DNA of 63,966 nt, filler included, from Thermodesulfobacteriota bacterium (GTDB lineage: Bacteria > DASVDK01): the NCBI GenBank assembly GCA_036381125.1. It is 8 parts of 8 records of this genome, joined end to end, with 100 filler letters (N's around TTAATTAATTAA, not from the genome) between each part and the next. Parts side by side here need not be neighbours in the genome. Positions count along the whole stretch, not along the records: positions 6,639 to 24,107 come from DASVDK010000146.1; positions 24,208 to 28,025 come from DASVDK010000147.1; positions 28,126 to 33,023 come from DASVDK010000148.1; 5 more parts are not named here. The stretch is one strand, 5' to 3'. Each line of letters starts with the position of its first letter. The first letter of the stretch is position 1. The position numbers and the translations under genes were made by a program. Under the pieces are notes generated by a model. The model searched no databases. It was not told the DNA's origin and saw only the letters and a program-made list of their open reading frames with translations. Positions 18,047 to 29,022 of this stretch are shown here, piece by piece.

Positions 18047-18050
18047 GCGG

Positions 18051-19013
18051 CTACTTGCCGGTCCAGACCCCGCGCTCGCGGTAGTACCGGATCGCGCCGG
18101 GATGGTACTCGGCCGGTGCGCCCTGCGAGGCGCTCTTGAGGTCCAGCTCCTTGGCCGCCGGGTGGACGGCCACGAGCTCGGCCTTGTGGTCGAACATGGT
18201 CTTGAGGATGTTGAAGGCGAGGTCGGCCGGCATGTCCCTGTGCACGGCGAGGACGTTCGGCACCGCGGCCACCTTCACGTCCTTGTCGACGCCGGGATAG
18301 GTGCCGCCCGGGATCGTGGCCACGACGTAGAGCGCGCCGTACTGCTGGACGAGGGCGGGCACCACGTCGTCGGTCGGCAGGAGGGCGATGCGCTGCCCGG
18401 GCGTGGCGGCCAGCTCGAGCACGCCGGCCGTCGGCAGCCCGCCCGACCAGAAGAAGGCGTCGATCTTGCCGTCCTTCAGCGCGTCGGCCGACTCGCCCAC
18501 GCCGAGGCGCTCGCGGCTGATATCCTTGAGCCAGTCGAGGCCGTTGGCCTTGAGGATGCGGTCGGCGATGATCTCCGTGCCGCTGTTGGGCGAGCCGGTC
18601 GAGACGCGCTTGCCCTTGAGGTCCTTGATCGACTTGATGCCCGAGTCGGCCTTGACGACGACGTGCGTCATGTTGCCGTAGAGCACGGCGAGCGACTGGA
18701 TGGGCAGCGGCTCCTTGAACTTCCCCCGGCCCGTCACCGCGTCGTGGAGGGTGTCGGCCAGCGTGTAGGCCAGCTCCGCACGGTGAGTGGCGAGGAGCTG
18801 CATGTTCTCGACCGACGCGGCCGTGACCTCGGCCGTGGCCTCGACGCCCGGGAGGTGCTGCGTCAGGACCTTGGCGAGCGCGCCACCATAGACGTAGTAG
18901 ACGCCGCTGGTGCCGCCGGTGGCCACCGACAGGCGCGTCTGGGCCACCGCGTCGGGCGACGGCCAGAGAAGGATGGCCGCGAGCGCGGCCGCGAAGCGCA
19001 CGAGCGTGTGCAT
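18051..19013 (-). CDS. TAXI-family TRAP solute receptor
   Basis: Signal peptide, ATGGTSGVYYVYG, DLKGKRVSTGSPNSGTE and HPGAIRYY. Confidence 0.92.
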   Translation of the reverse strand: MHTLVRFAAALAAILLWPSPDAVAQTRLSVATGGTSGVYYVYGGALAKVLTQHLPGVEATAEVTAASVENMQLLATHRAELAYTLADTLHDAVTGRGKFKEPLPIQSLAVLYGNMTHVVVKADSGIKSIKDLKGKRVSTGSPNSGTEIIADRILKANGLDWLKDISRERLGVGESADALKDGKIDAFFWSGGLPTAGVLELAATPGQRIALLPTDDVVPALVQQYGALYVVATIPGGTYPGVDKDVKVAAVPNVLAVHRDMPADLAFNILKTMFDHKAELVAVHPAAKELDLKSASQGAPAEYHPGAIRYYRERGVWTGK

Positions 19014-19181
19014 ATCGTTGTCCGACCTCCTGAAACGCCGTTCGATTTCTGGCGGGGCCTCATTCAGGATAGCGCGGTGACGGGCAGCACGGGGCCTGGT
19101 CGTCCGGGCAGCGCTCGATTGTGACGGCGCCGCGGCGCGCGGGTCCGGGGCCGCGGGTTCGGGTCAAGGAGGGAGACGACG

Positions 19182-20090
19182 ATGCGCATCCTCGTCACGG
19201 GCGCCACCGGCTTCATCGGCTCGGCCCTGGTACCGTTCCTCGTCGCGCGCGGCCACCGGGTGACTCGCCTGGTGCGGCGCGACGTTCCGGCGATCGCCGG
19301 GGCCGACGACCTCCGATGCGACCTCGTTTCGGGGAGCCTCGATCCGGCTGCCCTGGAGGACCACGACGCCGCGATCAACCTCGCGGGCGAGAGCGTGGCC
19401 GAGCGGTGGACGCCCGAGAAGAAGGCCCGGATACGGGCCAGCCGGGTCGACGGAACGCGCCGGCTGTCCGAGGCGCTCGCGGCCCTCGCGCGGCCGCCGC
19501 GCGTCCTGGTCTCGGCCTCCGCCATCGGCATCTACGGAGACCGCGGGGACGAGCGGCTCACCGAGGCCTCCGCGCCCGGCCGCGGCTTCCTCGCGGAGGT
19601 GGCGCAGGCGTGGGAGGCCGCGGCCGAGCCGGCCCGGCGGCGGGGGATCCGGGTGGTGCACCCGCGCATCGGCACGGTCCTCTCGCCCGGCGGCGGCGCG
19701 CTCGCGCGGCTCCTGCGGCCGTTCAAGCTCGGCGCCGGCGGCAAGCTCGGCAGCGGGCGGCAGTGGACGAGCTGGATCGCCCTCGACGACCTGGTGCCGC
19801 TCCTCCTCCATCTGACCGCGGACACGACGCTCGAGGGGCCGGTCAACGCCGTGGCGCCCGGGGCGCTGACGAACGCCGAGTTCGGCCGGCTGCTCGGCAA
19901 GGTGCTCGGCCGGCCGACGGCGCTCGGCGTGCCGGCCTTTGCCGCGCGCATGGCCTTCGGGGAGATGGCCGACGAGGTGCTGCTCGCCTCGACCCGCGTC
20001 ATCCCGGCGAAGCTCGAGGCCGCGGGCTACCCCTTCCGCCATCCGGAACTCGAGGCGGCGCTGCGGCACATGCTCGGCCTCTCTCGCTAG
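19182..20090 (+). CDS. TIGR01777-family NAD-dependent epimerase (YfcH/SDR39U1-like)
   Basis: ILVTGATGFIG, INLAGESVAERWT, SASAIGIYGD and GSGRQWTSWI. Confidence 0.9.
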   Translation: MRILVTGATGFIGSALVPFLVARGHRVTRLVRRDVPAIAGADDLRCDLVSGSLDPAALEDHDAAINLAGESVAERWTPEKKARIRASRVDGTRRLSEALAALARPPRVLVSASAIGIYGDRGDERLTEASAPGRGFLAEVAQAWEAAAEPARRRGIRVVHPRIGTVLSPGGGALARLLRPFKLGAGGKLGSGRQWTSWIALDDLVPLLLHLTADTTLEGPVNAVAPGALTNAEFGRLLGKVLGRPTALGVPAFAARMAFGEMADEVLLASTRVIPAKLEAAGYPFRHPELEAALRHMLGLSR

Positions 20091-20201
20091 CGCACGTGGC
20101 GCGGCCGAGACGAGCAACGGCTCCTCTCGGCGTGGCAGGAGCCTGCCCTCGCGTCCATGGGCGGCCACGACTGCGGACCGGCCGCCCCCGACCCCATGGA
20201 C

Positions 20202-21311
20202 TCACCACGCCGCCCGCGTGGGAACGCGACGCGCCACGTGTGGCGGCTGCCCGGATCTCGTGGGCATTCCGGGTGCGTCCGGGCCGGGCTCGCCGAGCGC
20301 GGCGCGCCACCGCTCGAGGGCCGCCGGAGCGAGCCGCCGCGCGGCGCGCGAGGGGAGGAGCGGGACGAGGAGGAACCAGGCGGCGAGGGCGGCCCGACGG
20401 CCAGCAGGGCCGTCGCGGCGGCGGCAGGCGGCGGCGAGGCCGCGCGCGGCAAGGAAGAGGCGGCCCTCGTCGGGCTTCGGGTACGCGGCACGGTCGGCGA
20501 CCCTGAGGACGAGGCGGGCCGCCGCGCACCAGGGGTCGCGCAGGGCGAGGTCGGCCGGCACCGGGAAGCCGTACGCCTCGGCGGTGCGCCGGACGAGCGC
20601 CTCGCGCTCGATGGCCTGCGCGACCGCGCGGGCGAGCCGGGTCGTCGTGTCGCCGGCGGAGGCGGTCCGGTGCTCCCGGGCGTCGAGCCGGTAGTCGCCG
20701 AGCGGCGCGTCGATCGCGACGACCCGCCCGTGGAAGGGGAGACAGGCAGCGAGGTAGGCGTCCGCGCCGAGCGCGCCCTCCCCATCGGGGATGGGCAGGA
20801 GGGCCGAAAGGGCGTCGCGGCCGTACGCGTTGCCGGAGGCCGGGGGACAGGGGTAGACGAACCGATCGAGCAGCTCGTACCTCAGGTCTCCCGCCGGCAG
20901 CGGCGTCCGGGCGTCGGGGACAAGGGGGCCCCGCGGGCGACCCGCGGCGTCGACCACCCGCAGCCGGAAGTGGACCTTCGCCACGTCCGGCCGCCAGGCG
21001 GCGGCCACCCGCGCCGCGGCCTCCGGCGCCAGACGATCGTCGCCATCGAGCGTCAGCACGACCTCGCCGCGGCTTGCCTCGAAGCCGGCGTTGAGGGCCG
21101 CGGCACGGGTCCCGTTCGGCCTGAGCAGCGGGACGACCCGACGGCCGTAGCGGGCGATCAGGCCGCGGACGGCGCCACGCGGGCCGGCGTCCACGACGAT
21201 CACCTCCAGGCGCGGGTAGCGTTGCGCGACCGCGCTCTCGATCGCCTCGCGGAGCCACCGCTCGCGGCCGACGCTCGTGATGACGACGCTGACGCGCGGT
21301 TGCGCGCCCAT
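20202..21311 (-). CDS. Glycosyltransferase family 2
   Basis: PRVSVVIT, EVIVVD, ALNAGFEASRGEVVLTLDGDD and PPASGNAY. The ATG at 21311 has a CAGGAGG RBS. Confidence 0.8.
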   Translation of the reverse strand: MGAQPRVSVVITSVGRERWLREAIESAVAQRYPRLEVIVVDAGPRGAVRGLIARYGRRVVPLLRPNGTRAAALNAGFEASRGEVVLTLDGDDRLAPEAAARVAAAWRPDVAKVHFRLRVVDAAGRPRGPLVPDARTPLPAGDLRYELLDRFVYPCPPASGNAYGRDALSALLPIPDGEGALGADAYLAACLPFHGRVVAIDAPLGDYRLDAREHRTASAGDTTTRLARAVAQAIEREALVRRTAEAYGFPVPADLALRDPWCAAARLVLRVADRAAYPKPDEGRLFLAARGLAAACRRRDGPAGRRAALAAWFLLVPLLPSRAARRLAPAALERWRAALGEPGPDAPGMPTRSGQPPHVARRVPTRAAW

Positions 21312-21522
21312 CGCTCGGCCTCCTGGCGTGGGGACGCTCGACGCCGCCGCGGGGTGAGGCTTGCTCGTTTCGTGCCGCCGGCCGGCCGCGGGCGCGTTCC
21401 GTCCGGGGCGGCATTCTCGGGACGGCATTCCGGGACGAGCCCTTGACATGGCAACGGTGAATCGAAGTAGAGTACGGGATACCGCCCGAGAGCCGAACAA
21501 CTCGTCCGCGGAGGAGCGAGCC

Positions 21523-21924
21523 ATGCGTCGCCCCGTCGTCTCGGCCCTCTCCCTGGTCTCCATCCTCGCCGCCTTCGTCCTCGCCGCGTCGCCCGCGGCC
21601 GGCGCCGACGCGCCGCGCTACGGCGGCACCATGGTCTTCGGCCAGCCCTTCACCGGGTTCCACCCGCGCACGCGGCTCGCCTTCCAGAACCTGGCCGGCA
21701 TCGACACCTCCGACGCGCACACGGTCGTCGTCCGCTTCACGAAGCCCTACGCCCCCTTCCTGCAGCAGATGACCTGCCAGGAGGGGGCGATGCTGCCGGA
21801 GCACCTCTACGAGGGGACCGGCATCCTCGACAACCCGCGCAACAACGACCACCCGATCGGGACCGACCCCTTCGCCTCGTGGCCGGCTTCGACGACCCGC
21901 AGGCCGGCCCGCGACACCTGCTGA
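21523..21924 (+). pseudogene. Peptide/nickel ABC substrate-binding protein (family 5) remnant
   Basis: Signal peptide plus PRYGGTMVFG, then DAHTVVVRFTKPYAPFL...LPEHLY...PIGTDPF. It is only 133 aa, against about 500 expected. Confidence 0.65.
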
Positions 21925-22066
21925 CGACCGGCGACACGCGCGACAAGGTCCACGCCGCCGACCTCGAGGCCGGGACGCTGGTCGCGGCGGATCTCGTCTG
22001 GCGCGCGCTCGCCTGGGAGGGGCCGGTGGCGGCGCATCACGAGCGTGCGGGCGGTACGGAGCAGCC

Positions 22067-22978
22067 ATGACCGACATCCAGGGACCGTTCGACGGGGTCA
22101 CGACCTTCATGCGGGTGCCGTTCACGCGCGACCTCGCGGGCGCGAAGGCGGCGATCCTCGGGATCCCGTACGACATGGGCACCCACCCGACCCGCATCGG
22201 CGCGCGCCAGGGGCCGGCGGCCATCCGGGAGCAGTCGTACCTGGTCCGCCCCTACCAGCCGCCCCACGCCGACTGGAACCCGCTCGAGCGGCTCGGCGTG
22301 GTCGACCTGGGCAACGTCGCCCTCACGGCGAGCCGCGTCGAGGAGGCGTTCGCCCGGATCGAGGCCGCGGTCTCGGCCGTCGTGGAGGCCGGCGTCGTCC
22401 CCGTCACGCTGGGCGGCGACGGCAGCGTGACGCTGCCCCAGCTCAGGGCCGTGCATCGCCGCTACCCCGGTCTCGCCGTGCTCCACCTCGACGCGCACAC
22501 GGACACGAGCCCGGGGGAGGGGTACAACACCGGGACGACGTTCACGCGCGCGGCCGAGGAGGGGGTGCTCGACGTGGCCCATACCATCCACGTCGGCGCG
22601 CGCGGGACGCTCTACCAGCCGGGCAACTGGGACCACTGCCGTGCGACGGGCTACGAGCTGATCCCGGCGGCCGAGCTGTACGAGCGGGGCGTGCCGCAGG
22701 TGACCGCGTACCTCAGGCGCCGGCTCGCGGGCCGACCGGTCTACCTCTGCTTCGACATGGACTTCTTCGACGCGAGCGCGGCGCCCGGCGTCTGCGCGCC
22801 GACGTGGGGCGGACCGCTTCCCCGGGAGGGGCTCGCCCTCGTCCAGGGGCTGGCCGGGCTCGACGTGGTCGCCTGCGACGTGAACACCGTGAGCCCGCCG
22901 CACGACGTGGGCGGGATGACGGCCTTCCTCGCGGCCACGGTCGTGCTCGAGTGCCTGACGCTCGTGGCTCGGAAGTGA
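22067..22978 (+). CDS. Ureohydrolase (agmatinase/arginase family), copy 1
   Basis: GIPYD, GARQGPAAIR, GGDGS, HLDAHTD, FDMDFFD, APGVCAP and VSPPHD. Confidence 0.88.
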   Translation: MTDIQGPFDGVTTFMRVPFTRDLAGAKAAILGIPYDMGTHPTRIGARQGPAAIREQSYLVRPYQPPHADWNPLERLGVVDLGNVALTASRVEEAFARIEAAVSAVVEAGVVPVTLGGDGSVTLPQLRAVHRRYPGLAVLHLDAHTDTSPGEGYNTGTTFTRAAEEGVLDVAHTIHVGARGTLYQPGNWDHCRATGYELIPAAELYERGVPQVTAYLRRRLAGRPVYLCFDMDFFDASAAPGVCAPTWGGPLPREGLALVQGLAGLDVVACDVNTVSPPHDVGGMTAFLAATVVLECLTLVARK

Positions 22979-22990
22979 GGGGGATCCTCC

Positions 22991-23920
22991 ATGGGTGACA
23001 TCCTCGCCCCGCTCGACGGGGTCACGACCTTCATGCGGGTGCCGTTCGCGCGCGACCTCGCGGGCGCGAAGGCGGCGATCCTCGGGATCCCGTACGACAT
23101 GGGCACCCACCCGACCCGCATCGGCGCGCGCCAGGGACCGGCCGCCATCCGCGAGCAGTCCTGGCTCGTGCGGCGCTTCCAGCCGCCGGACGCCGACTTC
23201 GACCCGCTCGAGCGGCTCGGCGTCGTCGACGTGGGCAACGTCGCCCTCACGGCGAGCCGCGTCGAGGAGGCGTTCGCCCGGATCGAGGCCGCGGTCTCGG
23301 CCGTCGTGGAGGCCGGGGCGATCCCGGTCACGATGGGGGGCGACGGCAGCGTGACGCTCCCGCAGCTCCGGGCGCTCCACCGGCGCCATCCCGACCTGGT
23401 CGTGCTCCACATCGACGCGCACACCGACACGTACCCCGGCGAGGGGGTCGACCGGTACAACACGGCAACCACCTTCACGCGCGCCGCGGAGGAGGGCGTG
23501 GTCGACGTGCGCCACTCGCTGCACGTGGGGGCCCGCGGGCCGGTCTACATGCCGGGGGTCTTCGATCACACGCGGGCCCAGGGGTACGAGCTGATCGACG
23601 GCGTCGAGCTGTTCGGCTCGGGGCTCCCCGAGACGCTCGTCCGGATCCACCGCCGGCTCGCGGGCCGGCCGGTCTACCTCTGCTTCGACATGGACTTCTT
23701 CGACCCGAGCTGCGCCCCGGGGGTCTGCACGCCGGCCTGGGGCGGCGCCACGGCCCGGGAGGGGCTCGCCCTGCTGCAGGGGCTGGCCGGGCTCGACTTC
23801 GTGGCGTTCGACGTGAACACGGTGAGCCCGCCGCACGACGTGGGGGGGATGACGGCGTTCCTCGCCGCCACCGTGATGCTGGAGTGCCTCACCCTTGCCT
23901 GCCGTGGAGGCGGGTCCTGA
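22991..23920 (+). CDS. Ureohydrolase (agmatinase/arginase family), copy 2
   Basis: Same motifs as copy 1 (GGDGS, HIDAHTD, FDMDFFD), in tandem. Confidence 0.88.
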   Translation: MGDILAPLDGVTTFMRVPFARDLAGAKAAILGIPYDMGTHPTRIGARQGPAAIREQSWLVRRFQPPDADFDPLERLGVVDVGNVALTASRVEEAFARIEAAVSAVVEAGAIPVTMGGDGSVTLPQLRALHRRHPDLVVLHIDAHTDTYPGEGVDRYNTATTFTRAAEEGVVDVRHSLHVGARGPVYMPGVFDHTRAQGYELIDGVELFGSGLPETLVRIHRRLAGRPVYLCFDMDFFDPSCAPGVCTPAWGGATAREGLALLQGLAGLDFVAFDVNTVSPPHDVGGMTAFLAATVMLECLTLACRGGGS

Positions 23921-23975
23921 CCGGCCGGCATCGGTCCGGACCCGGCCCCATCGGTCGAACCGGGAGGACGAAGAG

Positions 23976-24107
23976 ATGGCTCGCACGGTGACGTTCATCC
24001 TCGCGGCGGCGCTCGCCGCCGCGGCGCTCGGCGCGGTCGACGCTCACGCCGCGACGCCGGCCGAGATCAAGAAGGCGGGGGTCATCAAGGTGGTCACGAC
24101 CTCCTCG
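23976..24107 (+). CDS. Probable polar amino acid ABC substrate-binding protein, 5' end
   Basis: GGAGG RBS, signal peptide, then TPAEIKKAGVIKV. Truncated by the contig end. Confidence 0.55.
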
Positions 24108-24207
24108 NNNNNNNNNNNNNNNNNNNNNNNNNNNNNNNNNNNNNNNNNNNNTTAATTAATTAANNNNNNNNNNNNNNNNNNNNNNNNNNNNNNNNNNNNN
24201 NNNNNNN
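24108..24207. other. Artificial contig linker
   Basis: N44-TTAATTAATTAA-N44. Confidence 0.98.
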
Positions 24208-24208
24208 G

Positions 24209-25339
24209 CGGACGGGGCAGTACTACTACCACGCCTTCCTGTCGGCGCAGCCGGACCTCAACTGGCGCAACCCCGAGGTGCGGCGCGCGATGCTCGACGT
24301 GCTCCGCTTCTGGCTCGACCGCGGCGTCGACGGCTTCCGCGTGGACGCCGTGTCGCAGCTGGTCGAGGACGCGGCGCTGCGCGACAACCCGCCGAACCCC
24401 GATTGGCGGCCGGGGAACGACCCCTACCGGCGCCTCCTCCCGCTCTACACGACGGAGCAGCCGGAGCTGCTCGAGTGCCTCGCGCTCATGCGCCGGGTGC
24501 TCGATCGGTACGACGAGCGGATGATGATCACGGAGGCGTACCTGACCATCGAGCGCCTGGTCACGCACTACGGCGGCGCCGGCGGCGGCGGCGCCCACCT
24601 GCCGTTCAACTTCCAGCTCGTCCGGCTCCCCTGGGACGCGCGGCGGATCGCGCAGGCGATCGACGCCTACGAGGCGAGCCTGCCGCCCACGGCCTGGCCC
24701 AACTGGGTCCTCGGCAACCACGACAGGCCGCGCGTCGCCTCGCGCGTGGGACCGGCCCAGGCAAGGGTGGCCGCCATGCTGCTCCTCACGCTGCGCGGCA
24801 CGCCGGTCATCTACCAGGGGGACGAGTTCGGCCTCGCCAACGTGCCGATCCCGCCCGACCGCGTCCAGGACCCGTGGGAGCGGAACGTCCCGGGGCTCGG
24901 CCTCGGCCGCGACCCGGAGCGGACGCCGATGCAGTGGGACGGCAGCCCCAACGCCGGCTTCACGACCGGGACCCCCTGGCTGCCGGTGGCGCCCGACTAC
25001 CGGAGCGTGAACGTCTCGGCGCAGCGGAAGGACCCCCGATCGATGCTCGCCCTGCACCGCCGGCTCCTCGCCCTGCGGCGTGCCGAGCCGCCCCTCGCGG
25101 TCGGGCGCTTCCACTCGCTGCCCGCCGAGGGGACGGTGCTCGCCTACGAGCGGGAGCGGGCCGGCCGGGTCCTCACGGTGGTGCTGAACCTCGGCGCCGA
25201 GCCGGCGCGCTTCGCGTGCCTCGGCCTGCGGGGGCGGATCGCCCTCTCGACCCATCTCGACCGCGAGGGCGACCCGGTGCGCGACCTGGTGCCGCTGCGC
25301 GGCGACGAGGGGGTGGTGATCGCCCCGGCGAGCGCGTGA
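24209..25339 (+). CDS. GH13 alpha-glucosidase (5' truncated)
   Basis: QPDLNWRNPEV, GVDGFRVDAV, WVLGNHD, IYQGDEFG and RDPERTPMQW. Confidence 0.9.
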   Translation, partial: RTGQYYYHAFLSAQPDLNWRNPEVRRAMLDVLRFWLDRGVDGFRVDAVSQLVEDAALRDNPPNPDWRPGNDPYRRLLPLYTTEQPELLECLALMRRVLDRYDERMMITEAYLTIERLVTHYGGAGGGGAHLPFNFQLVRLPWDARRIAQAIDAYEASLPPTAWPNWVLGNHDRPRVASRVGPAQARVAAMLLLTLRGTPVIYQGDEFGLANVPIPPDRVQDPWERNVPGLGLGRDPERTPMQWDGSPNAGFTTGTPWLPVAPDYRSVNVSAQRKDPRSMLALHRRLLALRRAEPPLAVGRFHSLPAEGTVLAYERERAGRVLTVVLNLGAEPARFACLGLRGRIALSTHLDREGDPVRDLVPLRGDEGVVIAPASA

Positions 25340-25355
25340 GGCGCTACAGCCCCCG

Positions 25356-25559
25356 CTAGCGCTCGACCCGGAACGAGACCTCGGCCCGGACCCGGAAGAC
25401 CTCGATCCGTTCGTCCGCCATCCGGACGTCCAGCTCCTTCACGCCGACGCGCGTGATGCCTCGGAGCGTCTTCGTCGCCTCGGCGATGAGGTTGCGCAGC
25501 GCCTCTTCCCAGCCCTTCTCCGACTCGCCCACGAGCTCGATGATCTTCACGACCGACAT
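25356..25559 (-). CDS. Dodecin-family protein
   Basis: MSVVKIIELVGESEKGWEEA...ATKTLRGI...FRVRAEVSF, 67 aa. Confidence 0.85.
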   Translation of the reverse strand: MSVVKIIELVGESEKGWEEALRNLIAEATKTLRGITRVGVKELDVRMADERIEVFRVRAEVSFRVER

Positions 25560-25850
25560 CTAGAGCTTCCCCACGAGCGTGACGAACTCCTCCATGGGGA
25601 TCGCCCGCATGGTCTGCGTCGTCGACGTCCCCCGCTGCGCCACCTTGAGGGCGAGCGAGACCGCCGCCGTGTCGTCCGGGACGTCGACGATGGCGAGGTA
25701 GTCGTAGTTCCCCATGAGGGCGTAGGCGCCGATGAGTCGGCCCTTTGCCTTCTCGAGGCTCTTCCGAAAGTCGTTGAAACGCCCTGGCAGGCCCTTGATG
25801 TCCTTGGCGCCGTCTGGCGTCATCTTGAGCAGGCTCACGTAGGTCGGCAC
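25560..25850 (-). CDS. GYD-domain protein
   Basis: PTYVSLLKMT...YALMGNYDYLAIVDVPD...TQTMRA. GTG start with an AGGAGG RBS. Confidence 0.8.
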   Translation of the reverse strand: MPTYVSLLKMTPDGAKDIKGLPGRFNDFRKSLEKAKGRLIGAYALMGNYDYLAIVDVPDDTAAVSLALKVAQRGTSTTQTMRAIPMEEFVTLVGKL

Positions 25851-26045
25851 GGCCGCACCTCCTGTGTGTTCGGCGCGCCGTGAGGCTCGGAGCTGGCAAG
25901 AGGTGAATGGAGAGGGTGGCAACGCGCCGCGGAGCCGCCCGGCCGCGCCGAGAGTACGCTCGCAGGCGCGAGGCGCGAAGTCAAGCGTCCCGGCTGCGAG
26001 GCGCAGCCGCTCCGCCGCCTGCCCGTCGAGGGGCCGGAGGGCCGC

Positions 26046-27875
<1,830 letters not shown>

Positions 27876-28025
27876 GTCCGTTATCTGCTCCCCCGTTTGT
27901 CCGCGGGAGCCCGGGCGGCCGTGTCCCGGGTCGCCCCGCCCATGGCACCCGGCCTCTCGGCCGGGTACCCGGCACCTCCGCGCTCGGGTCCGGCGGAGCC
28001 GGACCCTCGCTTCGGGCCGCGCGCG

Positions 28026-28125
28026 NNNNNNNNNNNNNNNNNNNNNNNNNNNNNNNNNNNNNNNNNNNNTTAATTAATTAANNNNNNNNNNNNNNNNNNN
28101 NNNNNNNNNNNNNNNNNNNNNNNNN
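28026..28125. other. Artificial contig linker
   Basis: N44-TTAATTAATTAA-N44. Confidence 0.98.
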
Positions 28126-28475
28126 TTGGCGAGGGACTCGGTCTCGTCGGCGGCGTCGACCAGCGCCTCGAGCTGGTCGAGCTCGGTCGTCAGGTGACGA
28201 CGCGCCTCCTGCCACCGCCCGACGGCTTCGGCCACCCGATCGGGCTCGCCCGCGAAGAGGAACGTCTCGGTCTCGTGGTGGCGCATCGCCCGCGTGTGGG
28301 CGAACACGCGCGCGGCGCCCCGTGTGGTGGCGCCCTCGCGCTCGATCCTGGTGCGGACGGCCCCGACGGCATACCGGAGGCTCAGGTCTCCGGCGACGGC
28401 GGCCGCCGCCATGAGGCAGAGCACGAGGCCGAAACCGACGGCGAGGCGCGTGCCGATGCGGAAGCGATGCAACAC
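28126..28475 (-). CDS. Chemoreceptor or sensor N-terminus (TM plus four-helix-bundle sensor), 3' truncated
   Basis: FRIGTRLAVGFGLVLCLM is a typical MCP-type first TM, followed by a helical periplasmic segment (MRHHETETFL). Confidence 0.6.
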
Positions 28476-28720
28476 GGAAAGGTCCTCTCCTTCCGTTTCG
28501 GAGAGCCATCGTCGGGCCGGGCGGTGACGCGTGGCGGCACCAGGTGCCGCCCTCCGTCACCCCTCTTCCGGTGGAACGCCGCTCAAGTCCCCGAAATCCG
28601 GCAGGGCGCCCCCTCGATGAGCCGGCGGGGGCACGCCATGGTCCCCGAGCGCCCCTTCGTCGAGCAGGGACCATGCCGACACCCCTCGCGCCGCGCCTCC
28701 GGTGCCGGGCCTCTACCGAT

Positions 28721-28796
28721 GGGGTGAGGTCTTTCCGTTTTCCAGACTGGAAAATGGAAAGACCTGACCCCCTGGAAAATGGAAAGACCTGACCCC
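28721..28796. repeat. 24-bp REP-like repeat cluster A (1 forward and 2 inverted copies)
   Basis: GGGGTGAGGTCTTTCCGTTTTCCA (28721-28744), GAC, then TGGAAAATGGAAAGACCTGACCCC at 28748-28771 and 28773-28796. Confidence 0.85.
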
Positions 28797-28946
28797 GCCC
28801 GCACGCGACCTCCTGCCGCTCCGTCGACCTCGACTCGCCCCACTCCCCGTTCACGGCGTTCCGGCAGACCGTCGTCGTCGACCCCTCCGGGCCATTGGCG
28901 CGCAGCGTGCCCCCTCGCGAGGTACGCACCGGTTCCGTCTCGAAGG

Positions 28947-29016
28947 CTGTAGGAATTTTCCTTTTTCTGGAGGAATCTGGAGGAACCTTGACGGCCATCG
29001 GCGGCGGCCGTACGCT
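28947..29016 (+). promoter_or_regulatory. Sigma70-type promoter with upstream direct repeats
   Basis: TTGACG(28988)-N17-TACGCT(29011), with the ATG 6 nt later. TCTGGAGGAA occurs twice (28966-28985), plus CTGTAGGAA at 28947. Confidence 0.55.
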
Positions 29017-29022
29017 CCTCAC

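Noticed and set aside
21443-21473. TTGACA...TAGAGT promoter for the SBP remnant
   Set aside because: The spacer is 19 nt, so it is plausible but too weak to list as a feature.
23931-23942. TCGGTCCGGACC, a partial match to the HNH-flanking palindrome
   Set aside because: Only 12 nt in GC-rich DNA, without the outer AAC/GTT arms, so probably chance.
27876-28025. glmS ribozyme upstream of glmS
   Set aside because: GC hairpins are present (e.g. GGCC-GAGA-GGCC), but the conserved AGCGCC cleavage site and core are not recognisable. The region is also cut by the contig end.
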